Source: Candidatus Poseidoniaceae archaeon (GTDB lineage Archaea > Thermoplasmatota > Poseidoniia > Poseidoniales > Poseidoniaceae). From it: 64,000 bases of DNA. Shown here piece by piece: positions 19,139 through 29,536 of this stretch (position 1 is the stretch's first letter; each line of letters opens with the position of its first letter). Made by a program: the position numbers and the translations under genes. The notes under the pieces were generated by a model, which did not search any database, was not told the origin of the DNA, and saw only the letters and a program-made list of their open reading frames with translations. The DNA is taken from positions 3,350-67,349 of the forward strand of contig JAOMTZ010000006.1 in the NCBI GenBank assembly GCA_028356125.1, in the 5' to 3' direction.

Positions 19139-19700
19139 TTGCAGCGATTGCGATCACTCCAGCAGTTGCCATGATTCCTAGTGCAGACATGTCATCTGAA
19201 TCATCTGATGCCTTTTCAGAACAACCATCTCCGCCCCATTCACCATCGTTTAACCAACAGTCCGACCAAGTCTTATAGAATCCAGATGAGGGGAACATTT
19301 CAGTCGTATCATTGTCTTCAGAGTAAGTAGCTTTGACTCTCCAGTTCACATATGTATGGTCTTCGATTGTAGTAACTGCAGATGTAAATGTTCTATCATC
19401 ATCAGTAAGGAGAGTTGCCTCTTCAGGAGGTAAGCATACACCCTCATTGTTACAAATCTGAGTAGTCAGAGAGAAAGTAGTATTGTTGTTGTATGACGCA
19501 TCATTTAGGGTCATCGTAATTTCCCAATCTTCCAAATCATGAGTAGTTTCAGTGTGAGTTATTGCATTGAAAATAGTATCTTCAACAACAGGTTCGACAT
19601 TTACTCCGCCCTCCATGTCAGCAGCAGAAGCTGAATTAATTAAGGCGAAACTCATCAAAATACAAACAAGGACTCTAGTTCTCATAATTCCATCTCCCAT
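19122..19700 (-). CDS. Secreted protein with a C-terminal TM anchor
   Basis: N-terminal signal peptide, Cys-containing Thr/Asn-rich domain, and a C-terminal hydrophobic anchor ending in RYK. Confidence 0.45.
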   Translation of the reverse strand: MGDGIMRTRVLVCILMSFALINSASAADMEGGVNVEPVVEDTIFNAITHTETTHDLEDWEITMTLNDASYNNNTTFSLTTQICNNEGVCLPPEEATLLTDDDRTFTSAVTTIEDHTYVNWRVKATYSEDNDTTEMFPSSGFYKTWSDCWLNDGEWGGDGCSEKASDDSDDMSALGIMATAGVIAIAAIIRYK

Positions 19701-20296
19701 AACTCATCACCTACCCAATGTATGTTCTTTAGCCCCTTACCCTTTACTTCAGTAATGAGGGATGACCCATCCTTGGTAGCCCATCCTATGGCCAATGGGC
19801 GTTTATGGGTTTGGTCTCGAACCCACACCAAGTCTCCATCAACGATATCCTCGTCAGCGGAATGAATTCCGGCCACCATACAATCTGCTCCTTTCATCAA
19901 GAAGGGTATTGCACCGTGATCAACTTCAACAAATCTCTTTTCACAGGGATAAGAAAGGAATCCTCGTAATGTTAAGAATACAACTCTTTCATCACTAGGA
20001 CTCATCAATTCAACCGCCAGAGGCACTCTGTCGACTAAAACCATCTTCCATGGTCCATAATCAGCCATCTCCAAAAATGCTCCGTCAACAGCCAAATCGA
20101 TTCCCAAAGCTTCTTCCAAATCTTTGAGAAGGGGTGCAATGTTCTTCCTTCGAACAGGACGCCTCTTCTTGATTTGCCAATCCTTGGCCATGTACAGCCC
20201 TAGGGATTCTCCGGTTTGACCCTTCGGTTTGATGTGCTTGGCACTCTTCGGGATAGCATGGACGTATGGTGTGCCATCAGAACTTACCCTAAACAT
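19682..20296 (-). CDS. PUA-domain RNA-binding protein (MCT-1/Tma20-like)
   Basis: C-terminal PUA-like segment. The start may instead be the internal Met (MAKDW, ending ~20191), which would remove the overlap with the divergent FAH gene. Confidence 0.5.
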   Translation of the reverse strand: MFRVSSDGTPYVHAIPKSAKHIKPKGQTGESLGLYMAKDWQIKKRRPVRRKNIAPLLKDLEEALGIDLAVDGAFLEMADYGPWKMVLVDRVPLAVELMSPSDERVVFLTLRGFLSYPCEKRFVEVDHGAIPFLMKGADCMVAGIHSADEDIVDGDLVWVRDQTHKRPLAIGWATKDGSSLITEVKGKGLKNIHWVGDELWEMEL

Positions 20297-20827
20297 GCTG
20301 AGGAGTTAGGGAATCCAATTCCTCAGGAACCGGTATTCTTCTTGAAATCAACCTCTAGCGTTGTTAGTTTTGGACAAATCGACACTTGCGGGGGCGACGT
20401 GCATCATGAGGTTGAACTAGTTCTGAAATTAGGAGATGATTTGATGCCAACAGAGATGGCTTTGGGCTTGGACCTAACAAAGAGGAGTGTACAAGATCGC
20501 CTCAAAGCAGGTGGTCTACCTTGGGCTGAAGCCAAAGCATTCGCAGGTAGCTCAGTAATAGGTGACTGGGTCAAGTACAATCCTAATGCAGAATATGGTC
20601 TCAAAATCAATGGAAATGAGGTTCAAAGGGGTTCACTTGTTGAAATGAGTTGGACGCCTAGAGAATTAATTGACAAATTGTCTAATTGGGCTCCGATAAT
20701 GAAAGGAGATGTATTGTTTACAGGGACTCCTGCCGGAGTTGGGCCATTAATGGCTGGAGATGCGGTCACCGCCTCTCTGTACCTCGATGGAGCCTGTATT
20801 GACACTCAGTCAGCAGACTGTGTTTGA
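20216..20827 (+). CDS. Fumarylacetoacetate hydrolase (FAH) family protein
   Basis: GGDVHHEVELV and LFTGTPAGVGPL motifs of the FAH fold. Confidence 0.75.
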   Translation: MTLRFDVLGTLRDSMDVWCAIRTYPKHAEELGNPIPQEPVFFLKSTSSVVSFGQIDTCGGDVHHEVELVLKLGDDLMPTEMALGLDLTKRSVQDRLKAGGLPWAEAKAFAGSSVIGDWVKYNPNAEYGLKINGNEVQRGSLVEMSWTPRELIDKLSNWAPIMKGDVLFTGTPAGVGPLMAGDAVTASLYLDGACIDTQSADCV

Positions 20828-20880
20828 TGCATACCCTTCAAATATGAACGGCTGGTCGCCGAATCGCTGGAGACAATAAT

Positions 20881-21255
20881 ATGGCACAGTGGCACGGAAT
20901 CTCTCGTCGTAAGTCAACTGGTGGACGTCGCGTTCCTTCTCGTGGAAAGCGCAGCACTGAAATTTCCTCTGAGAAGCAATTTGCTCTCATCGGGGAACCT
21001 AAGCGTAAAATCTACCGCAAGACCGGTGGAAACACACTAGTTCGTGTTCTATCTGACAACCGCTGTACAGTTAACGGAAAGGACGGGAAGTCCTCCGTTG
21101 CTTCAATTACCAACGTCATCAAGAATGACGCAAATCCAAACTACATTCGTCGTAACATCCTAACTAAGGGTGCAGTTGTTGAGACCGATAAGGGACACGT
21201 TAGAATTACTTCTCGTCCAGGGCACGATGGCGTCCTGAACGGTGTTGTCCTTTGA
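20881..21255 (+). CDS. rps8e: 30S ribosomal protein S8e
   Basis: N-terminal MAQWHGISRRKSTGGRR..., 124 aa. Confidence 0.9.
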   Translation: MAQWHGISRRKSTGGRRVPSRGKRSTEISSEKQFALIGEPKRKIYRKTGGNTLVRVLSDNRCTVNGKDGKSSVASITNVIKNDANPNYIRRNILTKGAVVETDKGHVRITSRPGHDGVLNGVVL

Positions 21256-21291
21256 ATGGGTTCAAAGCCAACCACCCACTGAGGGGTTGAC

Positions 21292-21744
21292 ATGGACCAC
21301 AATCCTGACCGCATCGCAGTCTGGCCTGGTTACTTCAATGCCAAGTCTAGTCGTCGTAGTGGTCGCCGTGTTCCACGAGATTCTAGCGTACTCAAACCTG
21401 ACCTTGAGGGGCTATTTATTGCATCTAGAGCATTAGGTCTCAAGAAGGTCAAGCGCGAAGAAAGAGTGTCACACCCAAACCGACCTCATAGCAAGGAAGG
21501 TCGCCTTTGGGTTTCCAAAAAAGGAGCAAACGAATCGATTGGTGCAACTACCAAGGAAGAGATTCTCCAACTCATTGGTGGCCAATGGAGACAAATGCAA
21601 AAAGATCAGCGCAATAATGAGAAAGAAGCTCAGAAGCGAGGACCAAAGGTTGGGGACAAGAGAGCGCGTTCACAGCGTAAAGGCTCCAATAAGGCACGAG
21701 CAGCACAAGCACGTGCTCAGCGTAGTCAGAAGCGTCGTCGTTGA
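21292..21744 (+). CDS. srp19: Signal recognition particle SRP19 with a long basic C-terminal tail
   Basis: N-terminal IAVWPGYFNAKSSRRSGRRVP is typical of SRP19. An extra ~60-aa Lys/Arg/Gln-rich tail follows. Confidence 0.7.
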   Translation: MDHNPDRIAVWPGYFNAKSSRRSGRRVPRDSSVLKPDLEGLFIASRALGLKKVKREERVSHPNRPHSKEGRLWVSKKGANESIGATTKEEILQLIGGQWRQMQKDQRNNEKEAQKRGPKVGDKRARSQRKGSNKARAAQARAQRSQKRRR

Positions 21745-21755
21745 GTAGTAATCTG

Positions 21756-22661
21756 TTAGATTGTATCAATCCAATCTGCAATCTTCTGCAAACATTGTTT
21801 TGTTTCAGGAATAAAATTTCCAAATAACCACCAATCATGGAACATATTTGGCCATATTTCAATTTCAATATCTACGCCATCTTTCGCAGCCTTTTCGCCT
21901 ATGATGTGAGTGTCGTCCAGTAAGATTTCGTTCTCACCGGTCATAACTAAAATACGGGGGAGTCCGCTGAAATCTCCGAATGCAGGCGAGATGTATGGTC
22001 TCTCTTTATCGATGCCTGGGGCATAATACTCTGCGCTATCTTTGGTCATTTGGTGAATAAACATCGGGTCAGCCTTAGCGTTAGTTCTATGTGATTCTGA
22101 TTCACAAGTTAAGTCAGTCCAGGGAGAAAATAATACTGATGCATCTGGGAGTTTTTCATCGTGGTCACGAAGATACATCATCAAAGCCAGACTAAGCCCA
22201 CCTCCAGCAGAATCCCCCGCTAAGATAATTTGCGAATCCAGGTTTTTCGTGACAATATCTCTCCATGCTGCCAAGGCATCATCTAGCGCTGCAGGATAGG
22301 GGTTTTCAGGCGCTAGGCGATAATCTACCGAGTGACATACGCTCCGGGTTATTTTGCATAAATTAGTCAATCCTAACCTATGCGTAGTTAGTGATGAACC
22401 GAAGCAATATCCTCCTCCATGGAAAAAAACAATCAATGTGTTCTTGCGTTGATTTTTCTTTGGGGCGAGGGTAACTCCCGAGATTCCACCAAACTCGGTC
22501 CGTTTAATACGTACCCCAAAAGGGCCAAATATTTTCGAACCTAGCCATGCCTGAGGATGAACATAAAAGCGAACAAACCTAGCAGATGGTTTGAAAATCC
22601 GGTAGAGGATTTTGTTTGGGCGGATTAGTGCTGAAACGATATTACCTCGAATACTCAACAC
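21756..22661 (-). CDS. Alpha/beta-hydrolase esterase/lipase (HSL family)
   Basis: HGGGY oxyanion motif and the GDSAGG nucleophile elbow. Confidence 0.8.
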   Translation of the reverse strand: MLSIRGNIVSALIRPNKILYRIFKPSARFVRFYVHPQAWLGSKIFGPFGVRIKRTEFGGISGVTLAPKKNQRKNTLIVFFHGGGYCFGSSLTTHRLGLTNLCKITRSVCHSVDYRLAPENPYPAALDDALAAWRDIVTKNLDSQIILAGDSAGGGLSLALMMYLRDHDEKLPDASVLFSPWTDLTCESESHRTNAKADPMFIHQMTKDSAEYYAPGIDKERPYISPAFGDFSGLPRILVMTGENEILLDDTHIIGEKAAKDGVDIEIEIWPNMFHDWWLFGNFIPETKQCLQKIADWIDTI

Positions 22662-22796
22662 TTCACCATTATACTGTATTACTGGTTATGCTATGAAGAT
22701 ATTTATTCGGCTATGGGGGCTCTAGTCGAATGGATATACCTTGTACATTCATGCACTCAACGAGGGTTGGATGGCACGCACAACCACGATAAACCA

Positions 22797-23573
22797 TCAA
22801 CTTGCATTGGATTTGATAACATCCCAATTCTTTTCCCCACTCGCATTGATTTCAAGGGTGAATTTGAGCCCTAATTTCAGACTGAAATGCCTTGCTCTTT
22901 TCCTTGCCATCTTTTCTTCACCATACTCAAACCATTCTAAGTTCAATATTACAAAGGATTCTTCTTGACTTTTTGGGTCCCACAAACACACTCTTCGGTC
23001 CCCATAAAACACTGCGCCGTCACTTGGAGGATCGTACAATATCGCAACTTCATCGGTTGATTTCAGATAAATACCCAACAGTAACTCAGGGTAGAACTCC
23101 TGCCCAGTTTTTGGATCCGTAGTATGTTCGATGACAGCCAAAAAACGATGATTTTTATCAAACCAATGCATTGTACATACACCTTCTACCGGTTCAGGAT
23201 TAAACAGGTTACTGCAACCGGCAATCACAAACCTTGAACCAAACCAAAGGAAAGGAATGCAAATGATCATCACACATGGAACAATAAAGAGGGCTCCTCC
23301 AAGTGCGGAACCGATTATCATAACGATAGGTATAGCACAAAAAACACTTCCAAAAATCAAGAACATAAGCGCAGGTCCTATTTGTCTCCCACCTCTTGTG
23401 ATTTCACTCTCCATAACGAGGATGACACCGCCAGGAACACTCTTTTCCTCGATTGCATCCAGGAGCTTCTGACCTCTTCCCTCATCGACCTTTCGTCCTT
23501 TTCTTGGGCGTCTGGAAAACGAGACCTTCTGTGATTCAGTCGATATTCTGTCTAAAAGCCCCATCATCATCAC
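22797..23573 (-). CDS. Hypothetical membrane protein
   Basis: 258 aa with two or three TM helices. No recognisable motif. Confidence 0.4.
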   Translation of the reverse strand: MMMMGLLDRISTESQKVSFSRRPRKGRKVDEGRGQKLLDAIEEKSVPGGVILVMESEITRGGRQIGPALMFLIFGSVFCAIPIVMIIGSALGGALFIVPCVMIICIPFLWFGSRFVIAGCSNLFNPEPVEGVCTMHWFDKNHRFLAVIEHTTDPKTGQEFYPELLLGIYLKSTDEVAILYDPPSDGAVFYGDRRVCLWDPKSQEESFVILNLEWFEYGEEKMARKRARHFSLKLGLKFTLEINASGEKNWDVIKSNAS

Positions 23574-23733
23574 GTCCAGTATATCTAATCACATTCTACA
23601 AGATGATAAATCATGTCCCGTCAAAAGAAAATATTGAAATCTATTTTCTCTAACTAATTCAGACGATAATGGAAATACTTGTGTGAATAATCTCTTCTAA
23701 GTATATCACATTCCGTTCCAAATAGTCGGAAAA

Positions 23734-24186
23734 CTAAGAATCTGAGATGGAAAGTAATTCAGCGCCCTGAATGACTTGATCTCCAGTATTGTAATTGACA
23801 GCTTCCACAATACCATCGTGACCTGCAACAATTTTGTGTTCCATTTTCATTGCTTCCATGACCATCAATGCATCACCAGCCTTGACATTCTGGCCAACAG
23901 AAACTAGCACATCTAGGATTTTACCTGGCATTGGTGCAGTAAGGCCGCCATCATCATCCGCGCCGGATGCCCCGGCCTCTATGGTTTCGAATTGTAGGGT
24001 GTGGCCAAGAACATGGACCCACCATGTGTCTCCTACCTTTGCAGCAGTAGCCTTGTGCTTACGGCCACCCATCTCTAGCCATATCTCGTTGCCCATATGG
24101 ACAAGTGTTGCACCGTGAATGAAGGTTAGGCCATCTCGATGAGCCTCAATCTCTTTCCTTCCATCAGATGTTTTGAATTCCATCAA
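23734..24186 (-). CDS. accB: Biotin carboxyl carrier protein (biotinyl domain)
   Basis: EAMKMEHKI biotinylation motif. Overlaps the biotin carboxylase stop. Confidence 0.8.
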   Translation of the reverse strand: MMEFKTSDGRKEIEAHRDGLTFIHGATLVHMGNEIWLEMGGRKHKATAAKVGDTWWVHVLGHTLQFETIEAGASGADDDGGLTAPMPGKILDVLVSVGQNVKAGDALMVMEAMKMEHKIVAGHDGIVEAVNYNTGDQVIQGAELLSISDS

Positions 24187-25670
24187 GGATACCTCCTTGA
24201 TAGTTGAGAGAATGGTGACGGCGCTTGTGAAGAACCTGACTGCGAAGCAGCAGTCCTGCCGTGGTTTGTTGATTCACATGCGGAAGCGATTAGCAAACCA
24301 GCATCTGCAATAGCAGCGGGTAGATCTGGATTCCATCCATCTGGCCACAGTCGGTCAATCATGTCGGTAGTTGTCCATCCATCGACAACATCTGGATGGT
24401 CACATAACTCTCTGAGGAATCGGACATTAGTTGTGCAGCCAAGAACTACGAATTCATCAAGAGCCCTGCCCATTCTTTGCAATGCTTCTTTTCTTGAAGG
24501 GGCCCAAACAATCAGTTTGGCAAGCATTGGGTCGTAATCTGGAGTTACTGCATCACCTTCGCGGACTCCTGTATCAAGGCGCACACCAGGACCAGTAGGT
24601 GGAATAAATCGCTTTAGTTGACCGATTGCTGGAAGGAAATTGTTAGCAGGGTCTTCAGCGTAAAGACGGACTTCGATTGCATGGCCACGGATGTTTAAAT
24701 CTCCACAACTCATTGCTTCTCCTCCAGCAATTCGTAATTGTTCTCTTACCAAGTCTACGCCAGTAACCATCTCAGTGACTGGATGTTCGACTTGGATTCT
24801 AGTATTCATTTCTAAGAAAAAGAATTCACCAGTTGGAGTAACTAAGAATTCTACAGTGCCCGCCCCTTCGTAATTCACGGCTCTTGCGGCATCACATGCG
24901 GCGTCCCCCATAGCCTGTCGCAATTCGGCGTCAATAGCAACACTCGGAGCTTCTTCGAACACCTTTTGATGTCTTCTTTGAACACTACACTCTCTTTCGC
25001 CTAGGTGGATAGTTCGCCCGTACTTGTCGGCTAAGACTTGTATCTCGATGTGACGACTTCCGGTTAGTAATCTCTCAACATAGACTCGATCGTCTCCAAA
25101 TGCGTTCAATGCTTCTCGCATTGCAGCCTTTGCTTCGCTTTCCAGATTCTCTTCTTCATACACTGCTCGCATTCCTTTACCGCCGCCTCCAGCAGTTGCT
25201 TTGAGCAATAATGGGTATCCAACAGAAGGAGCTATGGCGAGGACTTCTTCTAAGCCTCCATCTATTTCTTCTCCCGGGATTACAGGAACTCCTGCAGCTT
25301 TCATAGTGATCCTTGCAGTCATTTTGTCACCCATTTGGGTTATCGCTTCAGGAGAAGGTCCAATCCAAATAAGGCCAGAATCCATTACCAATTGAGCGAA
25401 ATCTGCTCTTTCGGATAAGAACCCAAAGCCGGGGTGTATCGAATCACATCCGTTTTGGATTGCGATTTCAAGAATTTGTTCTTGATTGAGATATGTTTCT
25501 GCAAGTCCTTCTCCTTGCAGAGGAATCGCAATGTCAGCAATCTCTGTGAACAACGAGCCTGCGTCATTTGCAGCATGGATTGCAACTCCTTCGATACCTG
25601 CCTCTTTGCAAGCACGTAAGATACGGCATGCAATCTCACCGCGGTTTGCGACGAGAGTGCGTTTTAGCAT
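24183..25670 (-). CDS. accC: Biotin carboxylase subunit of acyl-CoA carboxylase
   Basis: 495 aa, ATP-grasp biotin carboxylase architecture (...GGGGKGMR..., EMNTRIQVEHPVTE). Confidence 0.9.
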   Translation of the reverse strand: MLKRTLVANRGEIACRILRACKEAGIEGVAIHAANDAGSLFTEIADIAIPLQGEGLAETYLNQEQILEIAIQNGCDSIHPGFGFLSERADFAQLVMDSGLIWIGPSPEAITQMGDKMTARITMKAAGVPVIPGEEIDGGLEEVLAIAPSVGYPLLLKATAGGGGKGMRAVYEEENLESEAKAAMREALNAFGDDRVYVERLLTGSRHIEIQVLADKYGRTIHLGERECSVQRRHQKVFEEAPSVAIDAELRQAMGDAACDAARAVNYEGAGTVEFLVTPTGEFFFLEMNTRIQVEHPVTEMVTGVDLVREQLRIAGGEAMSCGDLNIRGHAIEVRLYAEDPANNFLPAIGQLKRFIPPTGPGVRLDTGVREGDAVTPDYDPMLAKLIVWAPSRKEALQRMGRALDEFVVLGCTTNVRFLRELCDHPDVVDGWTTTDMIDRLWPDGWNPDLPAAIADAGLLIASACESTNHGRTAASQSGSSQAPSPFSQLSRRYP

Positions 25671-25674
25671 CGAA

Positions 25675-26517
25675 TCACTCCTCGGGTTTCCAGTTAGCGC
25701 TTCTCTTTTCTAGGAATGAAGAAAGCCCTTCTTGACCTTCTTGACTTCCACGCATTCTGCTGGTGAAGTCCAATGTCCATAGTCTGAGAGATTCATCATT
25801 TTCAGACCATCTGTCAAACCCTAGGGTCAATTCCTTAGCAGCAGTAACTGCGCAAGGGCCTGTTGAGAGGACTTCTGAGATAATCTTTGACGAATCTGCT
25901 TCACCATCTTCACTAACGGAATCAATCATGCCAATTCTGAGCGCTTCAGATGTATCCATTCTACCTGCAAGCATAGCATGTCTGCGGAAATTTGCGCTAC
26001 CCATTCTACGATAGACGTAGGGGCCGATTACAGCAGGAAGAATCCCAAGTTTTCCTTCAGATAATGCAATCTTGGCTTTAGGGTTGCAAATTACGTGATC
26101 TAGACAAGCAATCAAACCAGCACCTCCGCCTAATGCCACGCCTTGAACTAGCCCAATCGTGAAACATGGATGAGACCAAAGTCCATTGAACAAAGCATCC
26201 AATCTTTCAGAATCTCTTCGATTTTCTTCGGGAGTATTTGCTCCTGCATCTCTCATCATGTTGATGTCGGCTCCTGCACAGAAGTGCTTACCTTGGCCGG
26301 TCAATGTTAGTACTCTGAGGTAAGGGGTTCCGTCATCAGATGCTAACTTTCCAGTAGTGCCTACGGAGTTCTCTGATGTCCATTGGAATACTTCGATTAA
26401 TTCAGTAATCATTTGGATATTCAAGGCGTTATATTTCTCTGAACGGGCCAGACTAACGCGAGCAATACATCCATCGATTTCCAATTGAATAAGTGAAGTT
26501 GTGGGTTGATTATTCAT
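25675..26517 (-). CDS. Enoyl-CoA hydratase/isomerase (crotonase) family, possibly methylglutaconyl-CoA hydratase
   Basis: Crotonase fold (...GADI..., ALGGG). Sits inside the carboxylase cluster. Confidence 0.75.
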   Translation of the reverse strand: MNNQPTTSLIQLEIDGCIARVSLARSEKYNALNIQMITELIEVFQWTSENSVGTTGKLASDDGTPYLRVLTLTGQGKHFCAGADINMMRDAGANTPEENRRDSERLDALFNGLWSHPCFTIGLVQGVALGGGAGLIACLDHVICNPKAKIALSEGKLGILPAVIGPYVYRRMGSANFRRHAMLAGRMDTSEALRIGMIDSVSEDGEADSSKIISEVLSTGPCAVTAAKELTLGFDRWSENDESLRLWTLDFTSRMRGSQEGQEGLSSFLEKRSANWKPEE

Positions 26518-26552
26518 GTCTAATTCTCCAATTGCAAAAATTAAAATTCCAA

Positions 26553-28163
26553 TTACATTCTAAATACGCCAAATCTGTCGTTTGGCAACTTCGCATTTTG
26601 ACTTGCGGCTATACATAATCCTAGAACATCTCTGGTGTCTCTTGGGTCGATAATCCCATCATCCCAAAGTCTCGCTGTGGAATAATATGGGCTACCTTCA
26701 GTCTCATACTTTTCCAGTATTGGTGAGCGGAAATCGTCCAACTCTTCACCTTCCATTGGTGGCATTCCTTCACGCGCTCTCTGGTCTTGTTTGACAGTCG
26801 TTAGAACGTCTGCAGCCTGCGGACCACCCATCACTGAGATTCGACTGTTAGGCCACATGAATAGGAATCTTGGATCATATGCTCTGCCACACATACCGTA
26901 ATTTCCAGCTCCGTGCGAGCCACCAATAATTACTGTGAACTTTGGAACATTGACGCAGGATACTGCTGTGACTAATTTTGCACCATCCTTGGCAATACCG
27001 CCAGCCTCGTACGCTTTACCTACCATGAACCCAGTAATGTTCTGTAAGAACACCAGAGGTATGCCTCTTTGTCCACACAATTCAACAAAATGCGCTCCTT
27101 TTAGTGAGGATTCTGAAAACAGGATTCCATTGTTTGCAACAATTCCTACCTTGTAACCGTGAATGTGGGCAAATCCACAAATCAAGGTCTGACCATATCT
27201 GGCCTTGAATTCATGGAATCTACTACCGTCTACAATTCTCGAGATTATTTCCTTGATGTCAACAGGAGTTCGATTATCTGATGGGATAAGACCTAGCAAA
27301 TCTTCAACGTCATGGAATGGCTCATCTGGCTCTATTCTATCGAATGGTGCAAGTTCTCTAGAACCAAGGTTCTCTACTACATTGCGTACCATTCTCAATG
27401 CTTCAGACTCATCTTCAGCAAAGTGATCAGCCACTCCGCTTTGAGCGGTGTGTACATCTGCTCCACCTAATTCTTCGGCAGTCACAACTTCGCCTGTTGC
27501 AGCCTTTACTAGGGGGGGACCTGCGAGGAAAATAGTTCCATTTCCTTTGACAATTATTGACTCATCACTCATTGCAGGGACGTATGCTCCTCCGGCAGTA
27601 CAACTCCCCAGTACGGCAGCAACCTGTGGTATTCCATCTCCAGACATTCTTGCTTGATTGCGGAATATTCGACCAAAGTGGCCTATGTCCGGAAATACTT
27701 CGTCCTGCATAGGCAGAAATGCTCCGCCTGAATCGACTAGGTAGATACACGGAAGATTATTTTCGTGAGCCACAGTTTGTGCACGAATGTGTTTCTTGAC
27801 AGTCATAGGGTAGTAAGATCCTCCCTTCACTGTAGCATCGTTGGCTACGAATAGGCATTCTCGCCCGTGTATCATTCCGACTCCAGTTACTATACCTGCA
27901 CTGTTTGCTCTGCCGTCATACAATTCATAGGCAGCAAGAGGAGATAATTCGAGGAAAGCAGTTCCGGGGTCGATAATTTTCTCAATACGTTCCCTAGCTA
28001 GCATTTTACCTCTACTTCTATGCCTCTCGACATATTTCCCACCTCCACCATTGCTTACGGTGTCCAGGCGGTTTCGAAGAGTTTCAATCAATTCTTGATT
28101 GTGAGTTCGTCGCTTTTGGAAGTCTGAGTCGGCACGATTGACACGGGTTGCTAGTCTATCCAT
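26553..28163 (-). CDS. Acyl-CoA carboxylase carboxyltransferase (beta) subunit (PccB/MccB-like)
   Basis: 536 aa with the two-domain carboxyltransferase architecture and conserved Gly-rich segments. Confidence 0.9.
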   Translation of the reverse strand: MDRLATRVNRADSDFQKRRTHNQELIETLRNRLDTVSNGGGGKYVERHRSRGKMLARERIEKIIDPGTAFLELSPLAAYELYDGRANSAGIVTGVGMIHGRECLFVANDATVKGGSYYPMTVKKHIRAQTVAHENNLPCIYLVDSGGAFLPMQDEVFPDIGHFGRIFRNQARMSGDGIPQVAAVLGSCTAGGAYVPAMSDESIIVKGNGTIFLAGPPLVKAATGEVVTAEELGGADVHTAQSGVADHFAEDESEALRMVRNVVENLGSRELAPFDRIEPDEPFHDVEDLLGLIPSDNRTPVDIKEIISRIVDGSRFHEFKARYGQTLICGFAHIHGYKVGIVANNGILFSESSLKGAHFVELCGQRGIPLVFLQNITGFMVGKAYEAGGIAKDGAKLVTAVSCVNVPKFTVIIGGSHGAGNYGMCGRAYDPRFLFMWPNSRISVMGGPQAADVLTTVKQDQRAREGMPPMEGEELDDFRSPILEKYETEGSPYYSTARLWDDGIIDPRDTRDVLGLCIAASQNAKLPNDRFGVFRM

Positions 28164-28212
28164 GTCTGCCCCTCATCACAACCGAAGGTAGAGTTCAACT
28201 TGAATCAACCGC

Positions 28213-29511
28213 TTATACTCCAAGAATTAAGCGGCCAATGTCTCGTAATCCTGGAGCAAGCCCGACAATCATTACGGCCAATACGATTAGTACACGCAAA
28301 TGTTGCTGCCTACTCTCTATTCTCATCTGTGAAAACATCCAAACTATCAGAGATACAATACACGCCTTGACTAGGAAAAATAGCCACGCACCTTCTCCTA
28401 AGATTTCTAGGCTGTCACCATACTGAATCACTGCATCAGAAACAGGATGCTTCTCAGAATAGCCGAACCAATCGATACCAACCATGGTGGCAAGACCATC
28501 ACATAATTGCCCAAACAACATCCCTGCAACCATTGGAGTAGCAAGTATGCCCTTTGGAGTTAGAATCTCAACAGCGTGTTCAGAGCGGTCTTCGCTTTCC
28601 CATTCAGCTAATGTCATTCCATCAGGAATTAATCCGACTTCGTTTCCAGTTAATCGTAATTGAGCAAGGTCTTCTTCTCCTTGCCTCCATACAGCCCAAG
28701 TAATCACTAATGGTAAGACTACTACTACAAGAACCGGCCAAATAACCTCGTTGTCTCGTGGCATCAATCCACTATCTTGAGCCCAAGGTGTTGAAATGAG
28801 TTGAATCCAATGCCCGATTCCCATAGTGATTAATCCGATTGCAAAAGCAAGCATGCTTCTAGGAATTGCCTCCCAGTCCCAAGTATTGTGGATTACTACA
28901 GCAATCATTACGGCTCCGGCAATAGCGCCACTTAGTATCCAAAAGTGGCCAGTATCATGGACGTGAACATTCGGTAATACCAACAGGCCAGTAAATGCAA
29001 TGTAGGCCACTAGGAGCATTGCTAACATTGAGATTTCATTCTTCTTTCCAATGTGTCCAATGAATCCCGAAACAACTAGCCATGCTGCAAGATGAATGTG
29101 GATTAGTGGTGAGATAAATAGTACATCGACGCCTTCTGCAAAGTAATCAGCATCTTCCATAACTCGTAGGATTGGTGCCAGAACGACCCATGCGATTAAC
29201 GCCCATAGCATTCTATCATCTACAGGTAGTCTCCACTTCCTGAATACAGCCTGCAGTACGATTACTGCAGCGACCATAGTAAGAATGTAAATTGCAGTGT
29301 TGACGCCTGAGTAACCAGCATCACCACTTTCTCCAGCATCTTTTACGATAGGATCCCAGATGTATATTTTGATAAAATCATCCCAGAACATTTCTGGAGC
29401 GAAGATTAATCCTCCGATTACTAGGAGTGCTATCGAAGCGAAAATGGATAGAAGTAACCGCTCTCCGTTGGAGAACTCTGTGTCATCCATGTTAACTCTC
29501 AACCCAATCAA
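28213..29511 (-). CDS. Polytopic membrane protein of unknown function
   Basis: 432 aa, roughly 10 TM helices. Confidence 0.45.
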   Translation of the reverse strand: MIGLRVNMDDTEFSNGERLLLSIFASIALLVIGGLIFAPEMFWDDFIKIYIWDPIVKDAGESGDAGYSGVNTAIYILTMVAAVIVLQAVFRKWRLPVDDRMLWALIAWVVLAPILRVMEDADYFAEGVDVLFISPLIHIHLAAWLVVSGFIGHIGKKNEISMLAMLLVAYIAFTGLLVLPNVHVHDTGHFWILSGAIAGAVMIAVVIHNTWDWEAIPRSMLAFAIGLITMGIGHWIQLISTPWAQDSGLMPRDNEVIWPVLVVVVLPLVITWAVWRQGEEDLAQLRLTGNEVGLIPDGMTLAEWESEDRSEHAVEILTPKGILATPMVAGMLFGQLCDGLATMVGIDWFGYSEKHPVSDAVIQYGDSLEILGEGAWLFFLVKACIVSLIVWMFSQMRIESRQQHLRVLIVLAVMIVGLAPGLRDIGRLILGV

Positions 29512-29536
29512 GATGATGAGTGTTACCTGTTAAGGC

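Noticed and set aside
28213-29511. Assignment of the 432-aa membrane protein to a specific DUF family or to archaeosortase
   Set aside because: Only topology is evident from the sequence. No conserved Cys/Arg active-site pattern could be identified by eye.
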